Shown in pieces: positions 16,180-25,718 of a stretch of 64,000 bases of DNA. The notes beneath the pieces are model-generated. The model was not told the DNA's origin. It saw only the letters and a list, made by a program, of their open reading frames with translations, and did not search any database. The stretch's first letter is position 1; every line of letters starts with the position of its first letter. The stretch is taken from the NCBI GenBank assembly GCA_946185205.1, contig CAMHIP010000001.1, forward strand, positions 630-64,629. Reading direction: 5' to 3'. The translations under genes and the position numbers were made by a program. The DNA comes from an uncultured Bacteroidales bacterium. Lineage in GTDB: Bacteria; Bacteroidota; Bacteroidia; Bacteroidales; UBA932.

Positions 16180-19100
16180 ATGCGAAAATTTCTCCTGTCC
16201 GCCGGTCTGTTGCTGACCGCCTGCGCCGCGCTTTCCGCCCAGCCGCTCATCAAGAGCTGGGAAGGGATCCAGCACGGCGATGTCCCCACCCTGGAGCAGA
16301 ACTATACCCTGCCGCCCGTCGAATACGCCAGCCACATCCTCTGGGGCTGGGAGGGCGCCATGGACGCCAAGATCATGAAGCAGGACCTGGACCTGATGCA
16401 GAGCGTGAACACGCGCATGATCAACATCGAGCCGGGCTATGATTTCCCTTATGAGTACCTCTCCGACGGCTGGTGGAAGATGGTCAAGATGGCCGTGGGC
16501 GAGGCGAAGAAGCGCGGGATGAAGGTCTGGCTCATCGACGACGCCAAGTACCCGAGCGGCTTCGCCGGAGGCAAGTTCTCCCGCGAGCGGCCCGACCTCA
16601 AGATGTGGGCCCTGATCCGCCTGGACGAGGCCTGGGAGGTCCCCGCAGGCGGGGAGTTCGCGGACCGGGAGGTGCCGCAGGGCGCCGTGAGCGCCGTGGC
16701 GGAATGCCCCGGACAGGCCAACCGCCAGCTGGAGATCCGGGACGGAAAACTCACGTTCAACGCGGGCGTCCACCCCTGGACCATCCATTTCGCGGGCTTC
16801 GCCCACAAGAGCGGCGACACCCGCTCGGTGAGCCATCCCACGCACGGCAAGGACACCTCCAACTTCCTGCACGACCACCTCAACCCGGCGGCCGTCGATC
16901 AGTTCATCGAATGGACCCACGCCGCTGCCGCCAAAGCCCTCGGCAAGGAGATGGGGCAGACCGTGATGGGCTTCCGCGGCGACGAGCCGGAATATATGTA
17001 CACCCCCTGGACCCCGAAGATGAAGGAGATCTTCATGGAGAAAAAGGGGTATGACCCCACCCCGTACTACGCCTCCTTCTTCTCCCCCACCCGCACCGAG
17101 CAGGAGAAGCGCGTGAAGGCGGATTACTTCGACGTGTGGTCGGAGCTGTTCGCGGACAACTTCTTCAAGCGCCAGGCCGACTGGCTGGGAGCGCGCGGGA
17201 TGGCGCACATCACCCACCTCAACAACGAGCACCAGATGCCCGTCAACATCGAGGCCAACGGCGATTTCTTCCGGGTGCTCAACCGCGTGCAGATCCCGGG
17301 CGTGGACGTGATCAGCAACCACGTGGCCCCCGGCGTGGACAACGATTTCCCGAAGCTGGCCTCGTCGGTGAGCCACGTCTATGGCAAGCCGCGCGCCTTC
17401 TCCGAGACGATGGGCGCCGTGCGGGGGGACCTGAAGACCAGCAAGCAGGTGCTGAACTACCAGTTCGTGCGCGGCATCAATTATTTCGAGTACAACTTCT
17501 GGAGCAGCAAGTCGCAGACGGCGGAGTCGCTCTCGAAGCGCCCGCACATGGCGGAGCTGACGGACTACATCAACCGCACTTCCTACCTCCTGTCGATGGG
17601 CACGCCGGGCGCGCGCGTGGCGATGTACTACCCCATCCGGAGCATGTGGCTGGGCAACAACCAGGTCTATTGGGACCTGTCGGAGCTCTCGCAGCTGCTC
17701 ATGATCCACCAGACGGACTTCGACTACGTGGATGACGACGCCTTCTGGGAGGCCCTGACGGTGGGCCCCGGCTATCTGGAGAACAAGAGCGGCCAGAAAT
17801 ACTACACGCTCATCATCCCGCCCGCAGACGTGATCTCAGAGCGGGCCTGGGCCGTGATCGAGGAGTTCGTCTCGCTGGGAGGCAAACTGCTCTTCTGGGG
17901 CAGCCGGCCCTCCTGGCTGGCGGGCCGCACTTTCACCGAGCTGAAACCCTTCCCCGACTGCCCGCAGGCCACCTACGAGCCGCTGCGCCGCTGGACGGAG
18001 CAGGTCCGCGCGGCCCTGCCCGAACCGGAACTGCGCATCCTCGCGGAGCGCCCGGAAGGCAGCTACCTGACGGGGCCGGAGTCGCCCTGGCGCGTACAGC
18101 CGCGGCCCGCGCCGCAGCGTCCGGCAGCCGCACAGCCCGCCCGGCAGAACCGCCCGGTGAATTCGCAGGCCTGGGTGACCATCGAGTCGTTCAAGCGCCA
18201 GATGGGCCTGACCGAGGTCATCATTCCCACCGACAGCATCCGTTACACGCACCGTACGCTGGATGACGGCGAACTCTATTTCCTCTTCAACGAAGGCGAA
18301 CGGAAGCAGACCTTCACGGTCGAATTCGACGCCACGGGCATCGTCCGGCAGTGGGACGGCTTCACCGGGAAGGTGCAGCATGTCCCGGCCCGCATCCAGG
18401 ACGGCAAGACCGTGCTGGAAGTGACCCTGGACGGCTACGACAGCGCCATCTTCACCATTTCCAAGGGACACGGGACCTACAACGTCCGCGATTTCGGCGC
18501 CACGGGCGACGGGCAGACGCCCGACACCAGGGCCCTGCAGGCCGCCGCGGATGCCGCCTACGCCGCGGGCGGCGGCACGGTGGTGATCCCGGCCGGCACC
18601 TACCTGTCCGGGGCGCTCTTCTTCAAGAACGGCGTCGATCTGGAGATCCGGGAAGGGGCCGTGCTGCGCTCCACCCTCGACTCCGACGACTTCCCGCAGA
18701 TCTCCACCCGCTTCGAGGGGATCGAGCACAATTTCCGCTGCGCGCTGCTCAACTTCGACCATTCGCGCGGCGTGCACGTCTATGGCGGCGGCCTGATCGA
18801 CGGGCGCGGCCAGGAATGGCGCGAGGTCCAGAACAAGGACGGCCACTGGGGCCGCCCGCGCATGCTCTGCTTCACCGACTGCCCCGGCGGGCACATCGAG
18901 CACCTGACGATGCTCAACCACGCCTCGTGGTGCCTGCACGTGCTCTACACCGACGGCTTCGAAATCAACGACCTGCATATCAGCGTGTCGTCCTATGTCC
19001 CGAGTTCCGACGGCGTGGACATCGACTCCTCGTCCAACATCTGGATGCACGACGTTTATACCAACGTCACGGACGACTGCCTGTCCATCAAGAGCGGCAA

Positions 19101-19677
19101 GAACGAAGACGGCCGCCGGGTGGCGCGCCCGAGCATGAACATCCTCGTGGAGCGCTGCAATTTCGACGGCGGCCACGGCGTGGCGATGGGCAGCGAGATC
19201 TCCGGCTGCATCCGGCACGTGGTCATCGACGACTGCGTCTGCGGCGAGGAGAACCGCGCCCCGGTGCGCTTCAAGAGCCAGCCCTCGCGCGGCGGCATCG
19301 TGGAGGACATCACCTTCAGCAACATGACGCTCAACGGCTGCGGGACCTTCATCGACGCCAACATGATCTGGCGGATGGTTGAAAATTATGAACCCTACAA
19401 CCCCCGCACCCGGCTGCGTGACCTCAAGGTCATCAACGTCAGCGGCAAGGTCAAGTCCGTGGGCAACATCTACGGCGACCCCGCGGCCCCGATCCCCGAA
19501 GGGACCTTCCATTTCGAAGGCTGCAAGCTCGAGGCCGAGCGCGGCCTGAGCCTCGCCAACGTGGAGCAGAAGGACTTCAGCGGCATCGACATCACCGTCC
19601 CCGAGGGCGTGGAGCCGATCCGCTACATCGAAGTCCAGTACGGCGGGCGCTCTTCCGGCTCGCCGGTGCAGCGCTAG
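16180..19677 (+). CDS. Bimodular GH106 (alpha-L-rhamnosidase-like) plus GH28 (polygalacturonase-family) glycoside hydrolase
   Basis: Signal peptide. N-terminal YLSDGWW, WLIDDAKYPSGFAGG, GDEP, IPGVD and KLASSVSHVYGK motifs. C-terminal VRDFGATGDG, SSDGVD, DDC, GHG and RFK beta-helix motifs. Confidence 0.82.
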   Translation: MRKFLLSAGLLLTACAALSAQPLIKSWEGIQHGDVPTLEQNYTLPPVEYASHILWGWEGAMDAKIMKQDLDLMQSVNTRMINIEPGYDFPYEYLSDGWWKMVKMAVGEAKKRGMKVWLIDDAKYPSGFAGGKFSRERPDLKMWALIRLDEAWEVPAGGEFADREVPQGAVSAVAECPGQANRQLEIRDGKLTFNAGVHPWTIHFAGFAHKSGDTRSVSHPTHGKDTSNFLHDHLNPAAVDQFIEWTHAAAAKALGKEMGQTVMGFRGDEPEYMYTPWTPKMKEIFMEKKGYDPTPYYASFFSPTRTEQEKRVKADYFDVWSELFADNFFKRQADWLGARGMAHITHLNNEHQMPVNIEANGDFFRVLNRVQIPGVDVISNHVAPGVDNDFPKLASSVSHVYGKPRAFSETMGAVRGDLKTSKQVLNYQFVRGINYFEYNFWSSKSQTAESLSKRPHMAELTDYINRTSYLLSMGTPGARVAMYYPIRSMWLGNNQVYWDLSELSQLLMIHQTDFDYVDDDAFWEALTVGPGYLENKSGQKYYTLIIPPADVISERAWAVIEEFVSLGGKLLFWGSRPSWLAGRTFTELKPFPDCPQATYEPLRRWTEQVRAALPEPELRILAERPEGSYLTGPESPWRVQPRPAPQRPAAAQPARQNRPVNSQAWVTIESFKRQMGLTEVIIPTDSIRYTHRTLDDGELYFLFNEGERKQTFTVEFDATGIVRQWDGFTGKVQHVPARIQDGKTVLEVTLDGYDSAIFTISKGHGTYNVRDFGATGDGQTPDTRALQAAADAAYAAGGGTVVIPAGTYLSGALFFKNGVDLEIREGAVLRSTLDSDDFPQISTRFEGIEHNFRCALLNFDHSRGVHVYGGGLIDGRGQEWREVQNKDGHWGRPRMLCFTDCPGGHIEHLTMLNHASWCLHVLYTDGFEINDLHISVSSYVPSSDGVDIDSSSNIWMHDVYTNVTDDCLSIKSGKNEDGRRVARPSMNILVERCNFDGGHGVAMGSEISGCIRHVVIDDCVCGEENRAPVRFKSQPSRGGIVEDITFSNMTLNGCGTFIDANMIWRMVENYEPYNPRTRLRDLKVINVSGKVKSVGNIYGDPAAPIPEGTFHFEGCKLEAERGLSLANVEQKDFSGIDITVPEGVEPIRYIEVQYGGRSSGSPVQR

Positions 19678-19753
19678 CGGGTTATCCGGGCGGGGCGTTG
19701 GATTGTGCGGGAGTTTTTCGTATCTTTGGGATTACACCTTTATCCTGAGCCTT

Positions 19754-21664
19754 ATGAAAAGATTTGCGACCCTACTCCTCGCCTGCGCGCTGGCACTTCC
19801 CCTCTGCCGGGCACAGCACATCAGCTACGGCAATTACCACCAGCTCCGGCAGCCCATCCCGATGATCCTCGACACGGACTTCGGCAGCTGCACGGACGAC
19901 CTGTTCTCGATCGTGATGCTCTACCACTACATCGAAGACGGGCTGGTGGACCTCAAAGGCGTGATCGTGGACCGGGAAGGCGACCGCAACGCCGTCCTGG
20001 TGGACGTGTTCAACCGCTTCTACGGGCATCCCGACATCCCCATCGCCCTGGAGCACAACGGCGTCAAGAATCCCTACGACTTCATCCCCTACAGCCGCCT
20101 CGTCGAGTTCAAGAATCCCGACGGGAGCTGGTTGTACCCCCGCGGCATCGATCCTTCCAAGCTCCCGGAGGGCTACAAATTCTACCGCAAGCTCCTCAGC
20201 GAAGCAGAGGACCACTCGGTCGTGGTGGTGGCCATCGGCATGATGACCTGCCTGCAGCAGCTCTTCGAGTCGGGTGCGGACGAATACTCCCAGCTCAGCG
20301 GCGTGGAGCTGTTCGGCCGGAAGGTCAAGTCGGTCTATGTGCAGGCCGGTCATTTCGACGGCAACGACAACCTCAGCGGCTACAACATGCGCACAGCCTC
20401 CGCGGCAGCGGCCGTCTTCTATGACAAGCTGCCCCGCAACGTGGACCTGGTCCTGTCGCCGACCAACGTGGGCGAGATGATGGACTATACCTCCGAGGAC
20501 ATCCTCTCGGACCTGTCCTATACCGACCTCAACCCGATCAAGACGGTCTATACCCAGTTTGACTGCGAGGTGGGCCAGCGGATGTGGGACACCAACTGCG
20601 TGGTCAACGCCGTGCTGGGCGACGGGGAATACAACCTCTCCCCGCGCGGCTGGGTCCGCTATGTGGACCGCGGCCAGGCCTCGGAGATGATCTTCACCCC
20701 CGACCCGGACGGCAACGCCCGCTACCACCTGCCCGGCGACAGCTATTTCGCGCAGGAGAAGGTGATGGACATCCGCCGTCACACGCGCATGGTGCCGCGG
20801 GCCTCGGCCTATTCCATCGAAGCGCCCCAGCCGCAGCTGACCGGCGAGGCGGCGGCACAGTGGGCCCGGGAGCGGCTGGAGCAGCTGACGGACAAGTACA
20901 TGGGCGCCGCCGCAGGCACCCTCGATCCCAACGAGGTGCGCTTCCTGTTCCGCCCGCTGGGCTACACGGGCACCAACGCCGCGGACTATCGCGAGGCGGA
21001 GCAGCTGGTCTATGACCACATCTTCGACAAGATGGCCGCACGGGCCCTGCGCGAAGGCAAGCGGGACCTGACCATCGTCATGGGCCCTCCAGCTTCCGGC
21101 AAGACGACGGCGGTCCGCCAGCTGGACCTCTCTGCCTCCGGACTCATCTGCGACGGCGTGCCGGCGGGCGAAGGAGCTCTGGCCGCCCTGATCCGCAAGG
21201 CCCGGGAGCTGGGACTGGACAAGATCACCGTCGTGCCGGTGTACAACGACATCCTCAGCTGCTTCCGGAACAGCCTGTCCATCGGCAGCGCGAGCAACCG
21301 CTACAGCGGTGTGGATCAGCTCATTGCGGCATACCGCGGCCAGGCGGGCCTGCTGACCGACCTGCGCCGGGAGTTCCCGGACGTCTCCGTCAAGCCGGTG
21401 GACTGCTCCCGCAACCAGGGGGTCCGCCCGGTCAGCTACGCCCAGGCGCTCAAATGGAAATACAACGTCGGCTCCGCCGACCTGAACAACGTACTCGCCG
21501 CACTGCTCAGCGCCGTGAACGACGGTGAGATCGGACTGGGAGCCCTGCGGGCCGCCGCAGGCAACCTGCTTTCCATCCCGGGACTCGACACCCGGGGACA
21601 GGCCCTCGCCGGACAGATCAACGCCCGCATCGACGAGAAGCTGCAGGTGTACGTGCAGCGATAA
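19754..21664 (+). CDS. Secreted nucleoside-hydrolase-family protein fused to a zeta-toxin-like P-loop domain
   Basis: Signal peptide; ILDTDFGSCTDD and RMWD motifs of the IU-NH fold; C-terminal LTIVMGPPASGKTT Walker A. Confidence 0.75.
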   Translation: MKRFATLLLACALALPLCRAQHISYGNYHQLRQPIPMILDTDFGSCTDDLFSIVMLYHYIEDGLVDLKGVIVDREGDRNAVLVDVFNRFYGHPDIPIALEHNGVKNPYDFIPYSRLVEFKNPDGSWLYPRGIDPSKLPEGYKFYRKLLSEAEDHSVVVVAIGMMTCLQQLFESGADEYSQLSGVELFGRKVKSVYVQAGHFDGNDNLSGYNMRTASAAAAVFYDKLPRNVDLVLSPTNVGEMMDYTSEDILSDLSYTDLNPIKTVYTQFDCEVGQRMWDTNCVVNAVLGDGEYNLSPRGWVRYVDRGQASEMIFTPDPDGNARYHLPGDSYFAQEKVMDIRRHTRMVPRASAYSIEAPQPQLTGEAAAQWARERLEQLTDKYMGAAAGTLDPNEVRFLFRPLGYTGTNAADYREAEQLVYDHIFDKMAARALREGKRDLTIVMGPPASGKTTAVRQLDLSASGLICDGVPAGEGALAALIRKARELGLDKITVVPVYNDILSCFRNSLSIGSASNRYSGVDQLIAAYRGQAGLLTDLRREFPDVSVKPVDCSRNQGVRPVSYAQALKWKYNVGSADLNNVLAALLSAVNDGEIGLGALRAAAGNLLSIPGLDTRGQALAGQINARIDEKLQVYVQR

Positions 21665-21739
21665 GCTCCGTCCGGCAGGCAGTTTTCTTTTACCATTATG
21701 AAGAAACTGATCCTGATCCTCGGCACCCTGTCGAAATAA

Positions 21740-24331
21740 TTATAGCCCCAGCTCCCCCTTCAGCGCACGCAGCAGGTCAAAGGCCTGCAGGGGCGTCATG
21801 TTGTTGAGGTCGGCCGCTTCGAGCTTGTCCTTGATGGAGGAAAGCGTGGGATCGTCGAGCTGGAAGAAGGACAGCTGCACGGAGCCGTCGTCCTCCATCG
21901 CCATGGCGCTGGCGTGCTTCTCGCGCCGTTCCAGGTCGCGCAGGGTCCGCTCCGCCGACTCGATGACCTCGCGCGGCATCCCGGCGAGCCGCGCCACGTG
22001 GATGCCGAAACTGTGCGCCACGCCGCCGGGCATCAGCTTGCGCAGGAAGATGACGTTCTTGCCTTCCTCCTTGACGGCGATGTGGTAATTCTTGACGCGG
22101 GGGTACTGCTCCTCCAGGTCGTTGAGCTCGTGGTAGTGCGTGGCGAAGAGGGTCTTGGCGCCCTTGCCGTTCTGGTGGATGTATTCCACGAGGGCGCGGG
22201 CGATGGACATGCCGTCGTAGGTGGAGGTTCCGCGCCCGATTTCGTCGAGCAGCACCAGCGAGCGGGCGCTGAGATTGTGCATGATCATCGCCGTCTCCAG
22301 CATCTCCACCATGAAGGTGGATTCGCCGCGGGAGATGTTGTCCGTCGCGCCGACGCGCGTGAAAATCTTGTCGAAATAGCCGATCTGCGCCTTCTCCGCC
22401 GGGACGAAGGAGCCGATCTGCGCCATCAGCACGATGAGGGCGGTCTGGCGCAGCAGGGCGGATTTGCCGGCCATGTTGGGGCCGGTCAGGATGATGATCT
22501 GCTCGCCCTTGCTGTCGAGGCGGATGTCGTTGGGGACGTATTCTTCGCCTGCGGGCATCAGGGTCTCGATGACGGGATGGCGGCCGGCGCGGATGTCCAG
22601 GACCGTGCCCTTGTCCATTTCGGGGCGGCAGTAGCCGCGGTCGAGCGCCTGCTGCGCGAAGCCCTGCAGCACGTCCAGGCGCGCGAGGATGCGGCAGTTC
22701 TCCTGGATGTCGCGGATGGCCTGCTGCACGTCGGAGACGAGCTGCCCGAACAGGCGGCTTTCGATCTCGTAGATGGAGGCCTCCGCGCCGAGGATCTTCT
22801 CTTCGTATTCTTTCAGCTCCGGCGTGATGTAGCGTTCGGCGGAGACCAGGGTCTGCTTGCGGATCCACTCCGGCGGGACCTTGTCGCGGAAGGTGTTGCG
22901 GACCTCGATGTAGTAGCCGAAGACGTTGTTGTAGCTGATCTTGAGCGAGGTGATGCCCGTGCGCTCGCTCTCGCGCTGCTGCATCTGCAGGAGGTAGTCC
23001 TTGCCGCCGCGGGAGATCCCGCGCAGCTCGTCCAGCTGTGCATCCACCCCGGCGGCGATCACGTCGCCCCGGCCGAGCATCGTGGCGTCTTCCGCCAGCG
23101 TGTCCGTGATGCGCGCGAGCAGTTTATCGGTGTTCCTGAGCCCTTTGATCAGCTTGTCCAGGGCGGCGCAGCCCGTGTCGGCGCAGAGCTCGCGGACCGG
23201 CGTCATCCGGGAGAGCGAGCGGCCCAGCTGGCGGACTTCCCGCGGGAAAATCTTGCCCGTGGCCGCCCGGGAAATGATGCGCTCCAGGTCGCCCACCTCG
23301 CTGAGGTTGTCCTGCAGCCCGCGCAGCAGTTCCTCGCGGTCGTGCAGCAGCTGGACCACGTCGTAGCGCGCCTCCAGCTCCTTGAGGTCCATCACCGGCA
23401 TCGCGAGCCACTGCCGAAGCAGGCGGGCGCCCATCGGCGTGCAGCAGCGGTCGATGGTGTCCACGAGGCTCACGCCCTCGCGCCCGGCGTTGCTCTGGAA
23501 GATCTCCAGGTTGCGGAAGGTGAACTTGTCCATCCAGACGAACTTCTCCTCGTCGATGCGCCCGATCGAGCAGATGTTGCCGAGGCCCGCGTGCTGCGTC
23601 TGCTCCAGATAGACCAGCAGGGCGCCGGCCGAGCAGATGGCGAGTGGGAAGCCGTCGATGGCGAATCCCTTGAGACTCTGTACCTTGAGCTGCTTGCAAA
23701 GGCGCTCCACCGCGGCGTCCTGCACGAAAGCCCACTCGTCGAGGCCCGTGGCGTAGAAGTCGCCGTATTTCTCTTTGACGGCGCGCAGCAGCTCGCGCTG
23801 GACCACCAGCTCGCGCGGCTGCAGGGAGCTCAGCAGCGTCCCGATGTAGTCGATGCTGCCCTGCGCCACCTGGAACGTGCCCGTGGATACGTCCAGGAAG
23901 GCGGCGCCGCAGCTCTGCCCCTCGAAGGTCAGGCCGGCGAGGTAGTTGTGCTCCTTCTGGTCGAGCATCCCTTCGCCGAAGGCGATGCCCGGCGTGAGGA
24001 TCTCCGTGACGCCGCGCTTGACGAGCTTGTTCTTCACGAGGGCCGGGTCCTCCAGCTGGTCGCAGATCGCGACCTTGTAGCCGCCGCGCACGAGTTTCTG
24101 CAGATAACCCTCAATGGCATGGTGCGGGAAGCCGGCCATCGGCGTGTCTCCCTTGTCGCCGTTGGAGCGGCGCGTGAGCACGAGACCGAGCACCTTGCTC
24201 ACGAGCACGGCGTCGTCGGAATAGGTCTCATAGAAATCCCCGACGCGGTACAGGAGCACCGCCTCGGGGTGTTGGGCCTTGATGCTGAAATACTGCTTCA
24301 GCATCGGAGTATCTTCGCCTTTCTTTGCCAT
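21740..24331 (-). CDS. mutS: DNA mismatch repair protein MutS
   Basis: TPMLKQY, GDFYE, GPNMAGKS, STFMVEM, DEIGRGT and FATHYHEL motifs. Confidence 0.97.
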   Translation of the reverse strand: MAKKGEDTPMLKQYFSIKAQHPEAVLLYRVGDFYETYSDDAVLVSKVLGLVLTRRSNGDKGDTPMAGFPHHAIEGYLQKLVRGGYKVAICDQLEDPALVKNKLVKRGVTEILTPGIAFGEGMLDQKEHNYLAGLTFEGQSCGAAFLDVSTGTFQVAQGSIDYIGTLLSSLQPRELVVQRELLRAVKEKYGDFYATGLDEWAFVQDAAVERLCKQLKVQSLKGFAIDGFPLAICSAGALLVYLEQTQHAGLGNICSIGRIDEEKFVWMDKFTFRNLEIFQSNAGREGVSLVDTIDRCCTPMGARLLRQWLAMPVMDLKELEARYDVVQLLHDREELLRGLQDNLSEVGDLERIISRAATGKIFPREVRQLGRSLSRMTPVRELCADTGCAALDKLIKGLRNTDKLLARITDTLAEDATMLGRGDVIAAGVDAQLDELRGISRGGKDYLLQMQQRESERTGITSLKISYNNVFGYYIEVRNTFRDKVPPEWIRKQTLVSAERYITPELKEYEEKILGAEASIYEIESRLFGQLVSDVQQAIRDIQENCRILARLDVLQGFAQQALDRGYCRPEMDKGTVLDIRAGRHPVIETLMPAGEEYVPNDIRLDSKGEQIIILTGPNMAGKSALLRQTALIVLMAQIGSFVPAEKAQIGYFDKIFTRVGATDNISRGESTFMVEMLETAMIMHNLSARSLVLLDEIGRGTSTYDGMSIARALVEYIHQNGKGAKTLFATHYHELNDLEEQYPRVKNYHIAVKEEGKNVIFLRKLMPGGVAHSFGIHVARLAGMPREVIESAERTLRDLERREKHASAMAMEDDGSVQLSFFQLDDPTLSSIKDKLEAADLNNMTPLQAFDLLRALKGELGL

Positions 24332-24373
24332 GTCTGAATATCTGCGGTAAAAGACAAAGGTACGATTTTTCGG

Positions 24374-24469
24374 CGACACCTCGCCCGCTTTGTCCACGAA
24401 AAACGGGCAACCCCCGGCGATCTGGCAGGGGGTTGCCCGAAAAAACCGGCTTATCCGGGCGAGGTGTCG
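24374..24469. terminator. Nested double inverted repeat; inner hairpin is a probable intrinsic terminator of the serpin operon
   Basis: Outer arms CGACACCTCGCCCG/CGGGCGAGGTGTCG; inner arms CGGGCAACCCCC/GGGGGTTGCCCG followed by a T5 tract on the minus strand. Confidence 0.7.
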
Positions 24470-24475
24470 GCCCCG

Positions 24476-25714
24476 TTATTCCGACAGGGTGCCGAGCAGG
24501 AGGATCGTGCCGGAGGTGGTCTCCCGGATGGTGTAGGCAAAGGGGTGGTTCACATCGACCGTGACTTTGGGGTAGGTCACGGGACCAGCTGAACCATCTA
24601 AGAAACCGACCACCGTGACGGCCGCGAACTCCGTGCCTTTCTCCGTGACGTCGATCTTCACTTTCTGCTGGATCAGGTTGATGAAGAGCGGCTGCTCGCT
24701 GATGCCGGAGAAATCGGCCTTAAACGTTTCGAACGGCAGGGTCAGCCCCTGGGTTTTCAGCGCCGGGATCAACGCATCCTCCGTCGAGTAATCCGTGGAC
24801 CATTTCGGCAGGTGCAGCGTCACCTCCGTGGGCAACAGGGCGTAGTTGACGGCTCCCGACTCCACCTGCGGCAGGATCTCCGCAAGGGTCTTGCCCTCCT
24901 TCGGAAGGATGATGTCCATCTGGTAGGCACCGTTGCCGTAGGGGGCACGGACCAGTTCGAAATCTCCGAAATCCCCGTAGGCCAGCTGCCGGTCCTTAAC
25001 ATAGAGATAGTCTTTCTTGACCTTGGTCCCGGAGGCCGCCGTAAAATTCCGGTCTTTCTCGATGTCCCAGGTCAGGGCCCAGGGCGCCTTGAAGAGCAGG
25101 GCGTTGATCAGCATCAGGGCGGTGTCGGGATCAAGTTCGGCGAGCATCTGCGGAATCTTGCCCTCGGTCTTGTCGGAGCACCACTTATTGATCTGCTCCA
25201 GCGTGGCGGGCAGGGTAAAATCTACCTCGTAGGCCTCGGCGTCGAAATAATCCTTCAGCAGGGAGGAATAGGCGGAGCGCAGCCTGAGGTTCTTATTTAC
25301 CCAGAAAGAATTGGAACTGGTGAACTGCACGCTCTCGTCCGCCTTCACCAGGCCTTCGATCATCTTCTGATAGTAGGCGCCGACTTCCTCCTTGGTCGCG
25401 GCGTCCCAGCCGATCACGTCGGCAAACTGCTTCCAGGTCTCTCCTTCCGCGCCTTCGGCGGCCATCGCCAGGGCGAGCGACAGGCTCAGCGGGGAGAAGG
25501 CGACATCGCCCGCCGTCCCGCCTCCGTAGAGCAGGCGGAAGGTATTGATGCCGAAATCGTTGGAGGCGTTGCGGACGCTTTCTTCGCTCTTGGTCAGCTG
25601 AATGGGAACGATGGGCTTGAGGTCGCTGCCGCGCAGGTTGTCCTCACGGTCGATTTTGCTGCAGGCCGGGCTCAGCAGGAGCACGGTGCAAAGAAGGATA
25701 AAGCTTTTATTCAT
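24476..25714 (-). CDS. Serpin-family protease inhibitor (lipoprotein)
   Basis: FSPLS, INKWCSDKTEGKI, LINALLFKAPW, hinge/RCL EKGTEFAAVT and VNHPF motifs; SPAC lipobox. Confidence 0.93.
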   Translation of the reverse strand: MNKSFILLCTVLLLSPACSKIDREDNLRGSDLKPIVPIQLTKSEESVRNASNDFGINTFRLLYGGGTAGDVAFSPLSLSLALAMAAEGAEGETWKQFADVIGWDAATKEEVGAYYQKMIEGLVKADESVQFTSSNSFWVNKNLRLRSAYSSLLKDYFDAEAYEVDFTLPATLEQINKWCSDKTEGKIPQMLAELDPDTALMLINALLFKAPWALTWDIEKDRNFTAASGTKVKKDYLYVKDRQLAYGDFGDFELVRAPYGNGAYQMDIILPKEGKTLAEILPQVESGAVNYALLPTEVTLHLPKWSTDYSTEDALIPALKTQGLTLPFETFKADFSGISEQPLFINLIQQKVKIDVTEKGTEFAAVTVVGFLDGSAGPVTYPKVTVDVNHPFAYTIRETTSGTILLLGTLSE

Positions 25715-25718
25715 GATT

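Noticed and set aside
15046-17709. 887-aa minus-strand ORF read as a full-length RHS protein
   Set aside because: The part above about 15990 is the antisense of the GH106 gene plus repeat and promoter DNA; only 15046-15981 is RHS.
19754-21664. Epsilon/zeta (PezAT) toxin-antitoxin system
   Set aside because: No antitoxin gene nearby and the protein carries an export signal; kept only as a domain-fusion finding.
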